Assembly: GCA_041600575.1 (NCBI GenBank)
Contig: JBFIJV010000003.1
Span: 1-37,703 of the forward strand
DNA length: 37,703 nucleotides
Reading direction: 5' to 3'
DNA from: Gammaproteobacteria bacterium
GTDB lineage: Bacteria; Pseudomonadota; Gammaproteobacteria; Eutrophobiales; Eutrophobiaceae
Position numbers and translations under genes: made by a program. The notes below the pieces were generated by a model. It saw nothing but the letters and a program-made list of their open reading frames with translations, was not told where the DNA came from and searched no databases. This document shows positions 1 to 10,400 of the stretch, one piece after another; positions within the stretch are counted from its first letter, which is position 1; each line of letters opens with the position of its first letter.

Positions 1-45
1 CTACGAACTAGGGGGTCGGAGGTTCTAATCCTTTCGGGCGCGCCA
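1..45 (+). tRNA. 3' half of tRNA-Arg (anticodon ACG), truncated by the window edge; possibly degenerate
   Basis: CT-ACG-AA anticodon loop (1-7), CTAGG stem strand, GGGTC variable loop, GGAGG-TTCTAAT-CCTTT T arm, CGGGCGC acceptor strand, G discriminator, CCA at 43-45. The T loop has T at the normally purine position 57. Confidence 0.8.
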
Positions 46-120
46 TCAACTATTTAATCAAATTAGCTTAAGTCTGTGATTGTGTTTTAATCTGGAAGTT
101 TACGGGATAAGATTGTATTA

Positions 121-1200
121 ATGTTAATGACAGACAATAAGTTCAATCTATCTGACGATCTCAATGTAGAAGCCGCAGAACTCAAAGGGTTCTCACGAAG
201 TATTGCAGAACTCGAATGGTTATTGTTGACCCTGGTTATTCTTTATCTGGTTACTCCTGGTGCCGTTGTTGTAGATGATTGGTTGATCATCCAATCCAGT
301 TTGTTATTCGGTGGTTTTGTCCTTGCGTTTCGTTTTCTGAATTTTTACCGGCATGAAACGCGTTGGAAATTGAGCATCGAAGTCTCGATTATGATCGTCT
401 ACATAACGTGGATCCTCTGGAACACGGGCAAGATTGATAGTCCTTTGGTAAATCTATATCTACTCGTCATTATTACCAGCGGTATGACGCTGGGTAAGAC
501 TACTACGTTACTATTCCTCGCGTTGATTACCAGTGCGTACATTTATATGGGTTTCCCTGTTTATGCCGGAAGCACATTTTCGTATCAGAATTTTGGTTTA
601 ATGATGACAGTGTTCACGCCATACCTTTTGGTCGCCTACATTACAACCATGTTGTCTGCCGATCTGCACTATGCAAAGAAAATGTTCAAGATTTTATCTG
701 AAACGGATGATATGACAGGTCTTGAAAATCTCAGAAGTTTTAAAAATACAATGACGTTTGAGATCAAGAAGGCTGATCGTTATAAACATGTTTTATCGAT
801 CCTGATGATCGATGCTGATGGTCTAAAAGCAATTAATGATAATTACGGGCATGAGGCCGGCAATAAAATGATCAAGATCGTTGCAAAATCTATTGAGTCT
901 TGCTTACGTGAAACAGACAAGTTGGCGCGTTATGGTGGTGATGAATTTATTTCTTTGTTGCCTGAAACAAATAGTGAGGCTGCGCTTGAAGCGGCTGAAC
1001 GAATTCGAAAAGCAGTTGAAAACACGGCTATTGATGTGGAAGGAAATCAAATAAAAACCACTGTCAGTATTGGTCTTGCCAGTTATCCCGGAGACGCAGG
1101 CGATTTAGAGGAACTATTAAGAAAAGCGGATCGTGCTTTGTATCAAAGTAAGGAGTCGGGACGTAATACGGTATCAGCCTATGCGGCTGATAAAGAATAA
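121..1200 (+). CDS. Membrane-anchored diguanylate cyclase (GGDEF domain)
   Basis: About 5-6 hydrophobic segments N-terminally, then TDDMTGL, MIDADGLKAINDNYGHEAG, an RETD I-site five residues before an intact GGDEF, and SIGLA...ADRALYQSKESGRN. Confidence 0.93.
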   Translation: MLMTDNKFNLSDDLNVEAAELKGFSRSIAELEWLLLTLVILYLVTPGAVVVDDWLIIQSSLLFGGFVLAFRFLNFYRHETRWKLSIEVSIMIVYITWILWNTGKIDSPLVNLYLLVIITSGMTLGKTTTLLFLALITSAYIYMGFPVYAGSTFSYQNFGLMMTVFTPYLLVAYITTMLSADLHYAKKMFKILSETDDMTGLENLRSFKNTMTFEIKKADRYKHVLSILMIDADGLKAINDNYGHEAGNKMIKIVAKSIESCLRETDKLARYGGDEFISLLPETNSEAALEAAERIRKAVENTAIDVEGNQIKTTVSIGLASYPGDAGDLEELLRKADRALYQSKESGRNTVSAYAADKE

Positions 1201-1245
1201 AATAATTTTTTGATTTATTTAAACTAAAGTCAAATGCGCTTGCTG

Positions 1246-1596
1246 TTAAAACTTGATTGACGCATAAACCTCATCACTAAATCCTACTGTCAATCTTCCC
1301 TTCGCAGTCAATACAGGTCTCTTAATGATTGTTGGATTTCCTAGTATTAACTCAATTGCCTGAGCTTTGTTTTTTATTTCTTTTTCTTCATCAGATAACT
1401 TACGCCAGGTTGTACCACGTTTATTGATAAGCGTTTCAGTATCGATTTGTTTAAGAAAATCATTAATCAGGGATTTGTTGATCCCATCAACACGAAAGTC
1501 ATGGAAGATATAGGGCACGGAATGATCATCTAACCATTTCCGTGCCTTTTTAACAGTATCGCAGTTTTTTATGCCATAGAGTGTTACTGATGACAT
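1246..1596 (-). CDS. ArsC/Spx (YffB-like) family protein
   Basis: LYGIKNCDTVKKARKWL, INKRGTTWRKL and PTIIKRPVL motifs; usual position next to dapD. Confidence 0.9.
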   Translation of the reverse strand: MSSVTLYGIKNCDTVKKARKWLDDHSVPYIFHDFRVDGINKSLINDFLKQIDTETLINKRGTTWRKLSDEEKEIKNKAQAIELILGNPTIIKRPVLTAKGRLTVGFSDEVYASIKF

Positions 1597-1605
1597 TGGT
1601 ATTTC

Positions 1606-2427
1606 TTAAACGTCGCGTAAAATTTCGTTAATGCCGACTTTACTACGTGTCTTCTCATCAACAGTCTTAACAATCACTGCACAATACAAACTATATTTGC
1701 CATCATCAGAAGGCAGGTTACCTGATACGACCACTGAACCTGGTGGGATTGAGCCGTAAGTAACTTCACCTGTAGCACGATTATATATACGTGTGCTTTG
1801 ACCAAGGTAGACGCCCATGGAGATCACCGAACCTTCACCAACAATGACTCCTTCAACGACTTCTGAACGCGCACCAATAAAACAATTATCTTCAATGATA
1901 GTGGGGTTAGCTTGCAAGGGTTCGAGTACACCACCGATACCAACGCCACCGGAGAGATGCACGTTCTTACCGATTTGTGCACATGATCCTACTGTGGCCC
2001 ATGTGTCGACCATGGTGCCATCACCGACATAAGCGCCAATGTTGACAAAGCTCGGCATCAACACCACATTTTGTCCAATAAAACTGCCCCGCCTTACGGT
2101 TGCATTTGGTACCACACGCGCACCGGTTTCGATAAAATTGGTTTTGGTGTAACCGTAAAATTTATTCGGTACTTTGTCGTAATAATTTGTCAGGCCACCT
2201 TGCATGACAACATTATTTTCAAGTATGAAAGATAGTAACACCGCTTTTTTCAGCCATTGATTAACGACCCACTCACCATCTATTTTTTCAGCGATACGTA
2301 ATTGACCGCTATCGAGTTTCCAGATGATATTTTCAACAGCATCCTTGACTTCCTGGTTTGCGTCATCGGGTTCGATATCGGCACGGTTATCAAATGTGTC
2401 GTTGATCAGTTTTTCTAAGTCACTCAT
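1606..2427 (-). CDS. dapD: Tetrahydrodipicolinate N-succinyltransferase
   Basis: [70 protein letters not shown]. Confidence 0.97.
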   Translation of the reverse strand: MSDLEKLINDTFDNRADIEPDDANQEVKDAVENIIWKLDSGQLRIAEKIDGEWVVNQWLKKAVLLSFILENNVVMQGGLTNYYDKVPNKFYGYTKTNFIETGARVVPNATVRRGSFIGQNVVLMPSFVNIGAYVGDGTMVDTWATVGSCAQIGKNVHLSGGVGIGGVLEPLQANPTIIEDNCFIGARSEVVEGVIVGEGSVISMGVYLGQSTRIYNRATGEVTYGSIPPGSVVVSGNLPSDDGKYSLYCAVIVKTVDEKTRSKVGINEILRDV

Positions 2428-2444
2428 ATATTTTTCCCAAGGTT

Positions 2445-3647
2445 TTAAAATGAATTCTGCATAAATTGTTTTATTCGGTTCGCTGCTTCAACACATTCAT
2501 CAACTTCCGCTACCAATGCAATACGAATGCGGTTTTTGCCAGGATTGAGCCCACCAGAGTCACGTGACAAATAAGAACCAGGTAAAACTTTCACATTCTC
2601 GCTTGTAACTAATCTTCTTGCAAAGTCTGTGTCAGAGCAAGGGAGCTCTGGCCACAGATAAAAACTGGCGTCGGGTGGTGATACCTTCAAAACCGGCTTA
2701 AGGATTTCGCATATTTTTCCGAATTTTTCCCGGTATTGAGCCCGGTTTTGTTTTACATGTTGTTCATCGCTCCAGGCAGCAATACTGGCCTTTTGCGTAT
2801 GCAAAGGCATTGCACAACCGTGATAGGTGCGATAGCGAAGGAAGCTCTCTATCAATTGACTATCACCCGCAACAAAGCCGGAACGTAGGCCGGGCACATT
2901 AGAGCGTTTGGATAGACTGTGAAAAACCAGACAGCGTCGATACGCTGAATTACCTAGCTTAACTGCATGTTCCAGTAAGCCAATGGGTGGCTGGTCTTCA
3001 GTCTGGTAAATCTCTGAATAACATTCATCAGAAGCAATAACAAAGTCATATTTTTCGGATAATGCCATTAATTCTTTTACTGTTTCTTCATCGACTACCG
3101 CACCGGTCGGGTTTCCGGGTGAGCATAAGTAGACCAGTTGGCATCGTCGCCAGATGTTGTCGGGCACAGTTGAAAAATCAGGGATGAAACCATTCTCTTC
3201 AACGCAGTTTAGATAATAGGGTTCTGCTCCCGCTAATAAAGCCGCGCCTTCATAAATTTGATAAAAAGGGTTGGGCAAAATAACAATGGGTGTTTCAGTG
3301 TTTTTGTTGATTACAGTTTGTGCGATAGCGAATAGTGCTTCACGTGTGCCATTTACCGGCAATATATTTTTTTCTGCATCTATTGATGTGGTTGGTAAAT
3401 TGAATCGTTTACACAACCAATCAGCAATCGTTTGACGTAACTCAGTAATGCCACGCGTAGTCGGGTAGATTGCTACATCAGTAATATTTGATTTTAATGC
3501 ATCTAATATAAACTCTGGTGTAGGATGCTTGGGTTCACCAATCGCAAGACTGATGGCTGATTTATTCGGATCAATGGTTACACCTTCGAGTAACTGCGTT
3601 AGCTTTTCAAACGGGTATGCATGACAATTTTCCAGTCCGGGATTCAT
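2445..3647 (-). CDS. dapC: Succinyldiaminopimelate transaminase (PLP class I/II)
   Basis: [49 protein letters not shown] (PLP Lys), YRTYHGCAM; directly upstream of dapD. Confidence 0.93.
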   Translation of the reverse strand: MNPGLENCHAYPFEKLTQLLEGVTIDPNKSAISLAIGEPKHPTPEFILDALKSNITDVAIYPTTRGITELRQTIADWLCKRFNLPTTSIDAEKNILPVNGTREALFAIAQTVINKNTETPIVILPNPFYQIYEGAALLAGAEPYYLNCVEENGFIPDFSTVPDNIWRRCQLVYLCSPGNPTGAVVDEETVKELMALSEKYDFVIASDECYSEIYQTEDQPPIGLLEHAVKLGNSAYRRCLVFHSLSKRSNVPGLRSGFVAGDSQLIESFLRYRTYHGCAMPLHTQKASIAAWSDEQHVKQNRAQYREKFGKICEILKPVLKVSPPDASFYLWPELPCSDTDFARRLVTSENVKVLPGSYLSRDSGGLNPGKNRIRIALVAEVDECVEAANRIKQFMQNSF

Positions 3648-3672
3648 TAGAGAGATAATCTTGTATTAATTA

Positions 3673-4587
3673 ATGGTAAAAAAATCTAAGTATATGTTAT
3701 CAACTCTTTCTTCCCAACCAACATCACAACACTTTGCGGCAATATCTTGTATTGTCGCTGCGATTCTCTGGGGACTGCTTTGGTATCCAGTCAGGGTATT
3801 GGATGGTATGGGTATTTCAGGTTTGTGGTCGACATTAATTATTTTTTGTTCGGCTATGCTCATTCTGTTACCGACATGCATGCGCGCTCGCGGAGAATTT
3901 TTAAAGCACAAGGTCGACTATATTCTGATTGGTCTGTTTGCTGGTTGGACCAACCTTGGCTTTATATTAGCTATGTTAGAGGGCGAGGTTGTTCGTGTTT
4001 TATTGTTGTTTTACCTGTCGCCGATTTGGTCAATCTTATTGGCTATTTTCATACTTCGGGAACGAATTACCAGACTCGGTTTTTTTGCACTAGTTTTGGC
4101 TATGACCGGTGCGGTCTTGATGTTGTGGGATGCAGAATTATTCATCAATAAGGCAATTAGTCTGGCTGATATTTATGCCATTACTTCAGGGATGGCGTTT
4201 GCCTGTACAAATATCGCTATCAGAAAGATAGGCGAAACACCTATCGTGCTCAAAATGGGCGCTTCATGGTCAGGTGTCATTGCTGTTACAGCCTGTGCCA
4301 TGATGCTGACACCTGTCTCTATGCCGGAAATTACGTTCAATTCCGGCGCATTGGCATTGTTAATGGGATTTCCATTCATGTTTATTATGACATGGACGGC
4401 TCAATACGGTGTTACCTATCTCCCGATTCAGCGTTCATCGGTCATTTTTTTACTGGAGGTTGTTGCAGGCGCAGTTTCTGCGGCACTGTTGACCAACGAG
4501 ATCGTCAGTCATTTTGAGTATATTGGTGGTTTCTTGATTATATCTGCAGGTCTTCTCAGCGTTATCAAAGTAAAAAAAACGGTCTAG
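3673..4587 (+). CDS. DMT/EamA-family transporter (start may be ATG 3694)
   Basis: About 10 TM segments in two repeats; LWGLLWYP, LLFYLSPIWSILLAIFILRERI, SVIFLLEVV. Confidence 0.88.
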   Translation: MVKKSKYMLSTLSSQPTSQHFAAISCIVAAILWGLLWYPVRVLDGMGISGLWSTLIIFCSAMLILLPTCMRARGEFLKHKVDYILIGLFAGWTNLGFILAMLEGEVVRVLLLFYLSPIWSILLAIFILRERITRLGFFALVLAMTGAVLMLWDAELFINKAISLADIYAITSGMAFACTNIAIRKIGETPIVLKMGASWSGVIAVTACAMMLTPVSMPEITFNSGALALLMGFPFMFIMTWTAQYGVTYLPIQRSSVIFLLEVVAGAVSAALLTNEIVSHFEYIGGFLIISAGLLSVIKVKKTV

Positions 4588-4691
4588 CCTTCTCAAATTT
4601 GCTCTCAGTATTCGTGCCTGACTTAAAGTTGATGTATGCTTTGCGCCCGTTGAAAACGGTGTATTTTAGATAATCTGGAATTTATTAGAAC

Positions 4692-5783
4692 GTGACTAAA
4701 AAAATATTAATCTTGCCGGGTGATGGTATAGGCCCTGAAATCGTTGCCCAGGCCGAAAAAGTATTGGCCTACTTAATCAATGAGCGTGGTCTGAAATTAG
4801 AGATTGAGTATGGATTATTAGGTGGCTGTGCGGTTGATGCAGCGGGTGTGCCGTTACCTGACGAAACACTGGCAAAAGCCAAAGAATCTGCTGCTGTATT
4901 ATTAGGCGCGGTCGGCGGCCCTAAATGGGAATCTATCGAGCGTGCATTGCGTCCGGAACGTGGTTTATTGGCTATTCGTTCAGCCTTGGGATTATTTGCC
5001 AATTTACGTCCGGCAGTCCTTTTTCCGCAATTGGCAGAAGCTTCCAGTTTGAAAGAAGAGTATGTCAGTAATCTTGACATTATGATCGTTAGAGAACTGA
5101 CCGGGGGCATCTATTTTGGTGAACCGCGCGGCATTAGAACGCTCGATGATGGTCAGCGACAAGGGTATAACACATTAGTCTATAGTGAAAGCGAGATTGA
5201 ACGTATTGCACGAGTAGCTTTTGATGTGGCGGGTAAGCGTCAGGGGCGCGTTTGTTCGGTGGATAAGGCGAATGTATTGGAAGCAACTGAACTATGGCGC
5301 GAAGTTGTTACTGATATTGCAAAGGATTACCCAGAGATTGAATTACAGCATATGTATGTCGATAACGCTGCGATGCAACTGGTGCGCACACCGAAACAAT
5401 TTGATGTGATCTTGACGACAAATCTGTTTGGCGACATCTTGTCTGATCTGGCGTCGATGTTAACCGGGTCTATTGGGATGTTACCGTCTGCGTCGTTGGC
5501 CAGTGATGGTAGTGGTATGTACGAACCGATCCATGGATCAGCACCGGATATAGCCGGACAAGACGTTGCGAACCCATTAGCAACAATCCTGTCATTATCT
5601 ATGTTGTTGCGATATTCATTGGCCGAGATTCAATTAGCGGACCAGATTGACCAGGCAGTTAGTCAGGTGTTGTCGGATGGTTTGAGGACAAAAGACATTT
5701 GTTCTGAAGGGACTGATTGTATAGGTACAAATGCAATGGGTGATGCAGTTCTGGCAGCCCTGAAAGTTGTAGCTGAAGTATAA
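4692..5783 (+). CDS. leuB: 3-isopropylmalate dehydrogenase
   Basis: GTG start; [59 protein letters not shown]. Confidence 0.97.
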   Translation: MTKKILILPGDGIGPEIVAQAEKVLAYLINERGLKLEIEYGLLGGCAVDAAGVPLPDETLAKAKESAAVLLGAVGGPKWESIERALRPERGLLAIRSALGLFANLRPAVLFPQLAEASSLKEEYVSNLDIMIVRELTGGIYFGEPRGIRTLDDGQRQGYNTLVYSESEIERIARVAFDVAGKRQGRVCSVDKANVLEATELWREVVTDIAKDYPEIELQHMYVDNAAMQLVRTPKQFDVILTTNLFGDILSDLASMLTGSIGMLPSASLASDGSGMYEPIHGSAPDIAGQDVANPLATILSLSMLLRYSLAEIQLADQIDQAVSQVLSDGLRTKDICSEGTDCIGTNAMGDAVLAALKVVAEV

Positions 5784-5823
5784 AACGATAATTGTTATTT
5801 TTAATCGATATGGAATTTAGAAG

Positions 5824-6846
5824 ATGAGTAAAAAATTTAATGTTGCTGTTGTCGGTGCGACAGGCGCAGTTGGTGAAACAATGTTGTCTATATTGGAACA
5901 ACGGGATTTTCCTGTGGGAGAGGTTCATGCTCTGGCAAGTAGCCGTTCTGCAGGTAAACGCATTTCTTTTAAAAATAAACAACTTGTTGTTGAAGATCTT
6001 GAATCGTTTGATTTCTCTAATATAGATGTTGGTTTGTTTTCTCCGGGCGCATCAGTCTCGGCGATCTACGCGCCTATTGCGGCAGCTGCCGGGTGTGTTG
6101 TGGTGGATAATACCTCTCAATTTCGTTATGACGATGATATTCCGTTGGTCGTTCCAGAAGTCAATCCGCATGCCATTGCTGATTTCAAAAACCGAGGCAT
6201 CATTGCTAATCCAAATTGTTCAACCATTCAAATGTTGGTAGCACTAAAGCCAATCTATGATGCGGTTGGTATCGAGCGGATCAATGTGTGTACCTATCAG
6301 GCAGTTTCAGGCACCGGTAAAGAAGCAATAGAAGAACTCGCAAAACAAACAGCCGCTCTTCTGAATGGAAAAGATATTGAATGTGAGGTCTATCCTAAAC
6401 AAATTGCATTCAATGCCTTACCTCATATCGATGTCTTTCAGGATAATGGATACACCAAGGAAGAGATGAAAATGGTGTGGGAAACACGAAAGATATTTGA
6501 AGACGAATCGATCCAGGTAAACCCCACCGCTGTACGTATTCCGGTCTTTTACGGACATTCAGAAGCGATTCATATTGAGACGAAAGAAAAAATCAGTGCA
6601 GCTGCAGCAAAAGAGATTTTAGGAAAAATGCCTGGTATCACTGTTCTTGATAACCATGCAGACGGAGGCTATCCAACTGCAGTGACAGAAGCTGCGGGAG
6701 AGGATCCGGTTTTTGTTGGCCGTATCAGAGAAGATATTTCACATCCTCGTGGTCTGAATATGTGGGTGGTTTCTGATAACGTTCGCAAAGGAGCGGCATT
6801 AAATAGTGTTCAAATCGCTGAAATTCTGGTAAAACACTACTTATAA
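5824..6846 (+). CDS. asd: Aspartate-semialdehyde dehydrogenase
   Basis: VGATGAVG Rossmann motif, IANPNCSTIQM catalytic Cys, FYGHSE, DNVRKGAALNSVQIAE. Confidence 0.96.
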   Translation: MSKKFNVAVVGATGAVGETMLSILEQRDFPVGEVHALASSRSAGKRISFKNKQLVVEDLESFDFSNIDVGLFSPGASVSAIYAPIAAAAGCVVVDNTSQFRYDDDIPLVVPEVNPHAIADFKNRGIIANPNCSTIQMLVALKPIYDAVGIERINVCTYQAVSGTGKEAIEELAKQTAALLNGKDIECEVYPKQIAFNALPHIDVFQDNGYTKEEMKMVWETRKIFEDESIQVNPTAVRIPVFYGHSEAIHIETKEKISAAAAKEILGKMPGITVLDNHADGGYPTAVTEAAGEDPVFVGRIREDISHPRGLNMWVVSDNVRKGAALNSVQIAEILVKHYL

Positions 6847-7001
6847 ACTATAGTTATCGGTTATATGTAAAGCATATTCGCAAGTTCAAAAGTGTACTAA
6901 ATCGATTGTAAATGTAGTTAAATTGTATTCTGAGATATATGAATTTTGTAGTATAAGGAATTATAATTACTATATAAAACAATAATATAGCGTGTAAATT
7001 A

Positions 7002-7385
7002 ATGGGTGACTACAAAATAATATTTAAGCTATTAATGTTCGCATGTTTGGGCTTTTATACCGTTATTGCCCATTCACTTGCATTGTCTGAAGCTGAGTTA
7101 AAATCTCATTTAAATCAATTGCTTGATGTCAGTATTGAGCTCAAAACTGATAATCCGGCTGAAATTGACGAGCTGAAGATCGAATTAAGGCACCCGCTTG
7201 CCAATTATGCTTCTGGTTACCATTTAAAATACAAAGTTTTGAAAAGTGATGGGGTTTATATTCTTAATATCACCAGTAAAGATGTCATCCGGGAACCTAT
7301 CGTTGAATTCATATTGGATATTGGTTGGTCAGGTGGTCATGTGATTAAGGAATATTCTTTTTTGATTGATCCCTCACGTAATTGA
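7002..7385 (+). CDS. Small exported protein homologous to the FimV N-terminal domain
   Basis: Signal-peptide-like N-terminus (AHS|LA). The mature part aligns by eye with the adjacent FimV: KSHLNQLL/NSALNEPF and SKDVIREPIVEFILDIGWSGGHVIKEYSFLIDP/SQDPIREPFLNFLVEVSWSNGRLFREYTVLLDP. Confidence 0.8.
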   Translation: MGDYKIIFKLLMFACLGFYTVIAHSLALSEAELKSHLNQLLDVSIELKTDNPAEIDELKIELRHPLANYASGYHLKYKVLKSDGVYILNITSKDVIREPIVEFILDIGWSGGHVIKEYSFLIDPSRN

Positions 7386-7408
7386 TTTCAAGGAAATTAG
7401 AAGTAAAA

Positions 7409-10400
7409 ATGAAACGCAAATTTTATATTGTCATCTTATTAGCTTTAGTTCCTGCATTAGCAAACGCACTTGGACTAGGTAATCTTGATTTAAACTCAGC
7501 TTTAAATGAACCGTTTGACGCGAGGATTCAATTACTTTCGCCAACGGCAGATGAGCTCGATTCGCTCACAGTTAATTTGGCTGATAGCAATGCTTTTGCC
7601 AGAGCAAAAATTGATCGTCCCTTTATTTTAAGCAAACTTAAATTTTCTTTACGTCGTTCGGTTGATGATGGTCCTGATTACATCCGTGTTTATAGTCAGG
7701 ATCCTATACGTGAGCCATTTTTAAACTTTTTGGTAGAAGTGAGTTGGTCAAATGGACGCTTGTTCCGTGAATATACGGTCTTGCTTGATCCTCCTTTATA
7801 TGACCCTACTGCGCGTGACAGTAAATTTACTCGTAGCCAGCCAAGTAGTGGTTCAATGGCTGAGCCAGTTACACTAGATGACCCGGCTCACAAGGTTATC
7901 TACACAGATGATTTCGAACAAACCAGCAGTTCTGTTGCCTCCCCGAATGTAAATTACACTGGCGGCGATTACGGGCCGATTTCAGAGTCAGAAACTTTAT
8001 GGTCTATTGCATCAGCAATGCGTCCAGATACATCTACCAGTGTCAATCAAATGATGCTGGCCTTATTACGCGCCAATCCGGAAGCATTTTTAAACCAGAA
8101 TATTAATGGTTTAAAACGTGGTCAGATACTTCGTATGCCAAATGAAAGTGAACTTGCTGCACTTTCTAATGCTGAAGCATTGGCTAATGTTCAATCACAA
8201 CATGCCGCCTGGGATAACATTAAAGATAATTTATCCGGTGCAGTTACAGAACGTCCCGAGGTCAGTTCGGTACCAGAGTCATCTGCAACAGATGCAGATA
8301 TGGTAGCAGTTGAGGAAATGGCCGAGACTGATGCCGAACTAAAACTGGTCGCGGCCGATGATACGGACAAGCCAACACAACAGGTTGCAAGTGTAGATTC
8401 AGGAACCGGTGATGAACTGGTATTAGCTCAGGAGTCTATTCAGGCGTTAACACGTGAGAACATGGAGTTAAGAGACCGACTGCAGGAGTCAGAAGCTTTA
8501 CTCGATGATCTTAAACGCCTGTTATCTTTAAAAGATGATGAGTTAGCAGCTTTGCAAGAACAGGCGATTACATCAGAAGGAATGGCTGAAGAGGCTGAAC
8601 CCATAGTTGATGAATCAATGTCTGACACTGAACAAGAAACGGTTACAGAAGTTGAAGAAGCTATGGATGAGCAAGCCGCGATGGAAGATGCGGATGAAAT
8701 GATAGTCGATGATGAAGAAGCAGAAATGCCTCAGGTTGCTGAAGAAGAAGTTATTGAGGTAATAGAATCAGAACCGACTGCTGATTCTGAAGGAATTATG
8801 GGGATGGTCGAACAGTACCTTGGCCCTGTAAAAGAGATCCTTCTTGGCAATCCCATGATTGGGATGGCAATTGCGGCAGTTTTAATTGTTCTGATTATCA
8901 TCATCGTGATAATGAAATTCAAAAAAGAGTCTGCAGAAACTATTGATATTGATGCAATGACCGAAGAGGCTTTTCCTGACTTTGATTCTAGTGACTTGGG
9001 TGGTGATGAAATGCCAGAGTCAGAGGCTGTTACTGTTTTACCTGATGCTGATGCAGAAGCAGAAACTGTTATAAAAGAAGAAGCAGTTGCTGATATCGAT
9101 CATGAGGCAGAAAATCAATTTGCAGTTGAAGGTGATACTCCAGTAGAGGATGCGCCGGTTGACCTAGCTCCTGCGGAAGAAGAATCCGATGAAGATCCAT
9201 TACAAGAGGTTAATACCTATCTCGCATTTGAACAGTTTGATCAAGCTGAAGAATTTGTTCGAAATGTAATTAAAGATGATCCGGACAATCCTGAATACCA
9301 CACAAAACTGCTGGAAGTATTTTACACTTCAGGTAACAAGAAAGGTTACGAAGAAGAAGCAAAGGTTCTGCATGAGAAGGTGGGCGGTGAAGGCGAACAC
9401 TGGAATATGGCCGTTGCTATGTGGCAAGAAATGTCTCCATCAAGAGCTTTATTCGAAGCGGGTGGTGGTGAAGAAGAAGACGATGCAGCGGACACTACCA
9501 GTGGTGGGTTTGTTGACGTAACTGCCGATGATGAAACCTCTGAAGATAGTGGAGGCCTGGATTTTGACATAGGTGGCGCGGAAGACGATTCAGTAGATGC
9601 AGAGCAACCTGCTGCGGAAGCTGAAGAAGAAATACTTGATATCACTGCTACAGATGAAGGTGAAGATATATTAGACGTGACTGCTGCGGTTGGTCTTGAA
9701 GAAGAAGATGACATGCTTGATATTTCTAGTGCTAGTACGAGTAGTGATGATCTGCTTGATGTGACCGCTGCAGTTGGTCTTGATGAGGTTGAAGATAATA
9801 ATGCTGATGATGGTGCGGACGATGTACTTGATATCACATCTAGTGAAGAATCATCTGGTGAAGATCTACTGGATGTCACTGCAGCGTCAGACCTCGATCT
9901 TGATTCCGAGGAAGATTTATTGGATGTAACTGCTGCAACTGGCGCAGGTGCTGATAGTTCTGAATTACTGGGTTTTGAAATAGAGAACAGTGACGAGTCT
10001 AAATCAACTCACGAAACCGATGCAGAAAAAGATAATGCATCTGATTCAGATGAATCGGCTGATGATGATAACCTGCTTGATTTTGATCTTGGTACAAGTG
10101 AAGACGATAATGCATCTGATTCAGACGAATCGACTGATGATGATAACTTGCTTGATTTTGATCTTGGTACAAGTGACGAAGATGCTGCTCCTGAAATTGA
10201 AGCGGGTGAGACCGATGCAGATGATGCTGGTTTAGAAATTGATCTGGCTATTCCAGAATCAGACTCCAGTGATACAGATGATAATGCTCTGGATATGAGT
10301 CTGAACATGACAGAAGATAATTCTGAAATCAAACTTGATGTTGCAGAGGATGCTGCTGCTGGAGATGATGCGGATGATGAAATCTCTCTCGATTTTGATA

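Noticed and set aside
3666-4517. Alternative-frame ORFs over the DMT gene, and similar 60-130 aa ORFs inside leuB, asd, accD, sucA, gltA, mdh and the FAH gene
   Set aside because: Nested in well-supported genes with no family signal.
4588-4691. leu attenuator or leader peptide upstream of leuB
   Set aside because: No Leu-rich leader or terminator hairpin; only a weak TATGCT followed by a GC-rich stretch.
6847-7001. AT-rich gap as a possible sRNA or replication origin
   Set aside because: No stable stems, terminator or DnaA-box cluster seen; most likely just the fimV promoter region.
7382-7408. Frameshift fusion of the 127-aa ORF with fimV
   Set aside because: fimV has its own ATG, signal peptide and complete N-terminal domain; no slippery site was seen.
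10031-10180. Direct repeats as a possible CRISPR array
   Set aside because: In-frame coding duplication with no spacers and no cas genes.
9346-10332. Ser-rich antisense ORFs (9346-9879, 10009-10332)
   Set aside because: Shadows of the GAT/GAA-rich fimV codons, which read as Ser-rich and stop-poor on the other strand.
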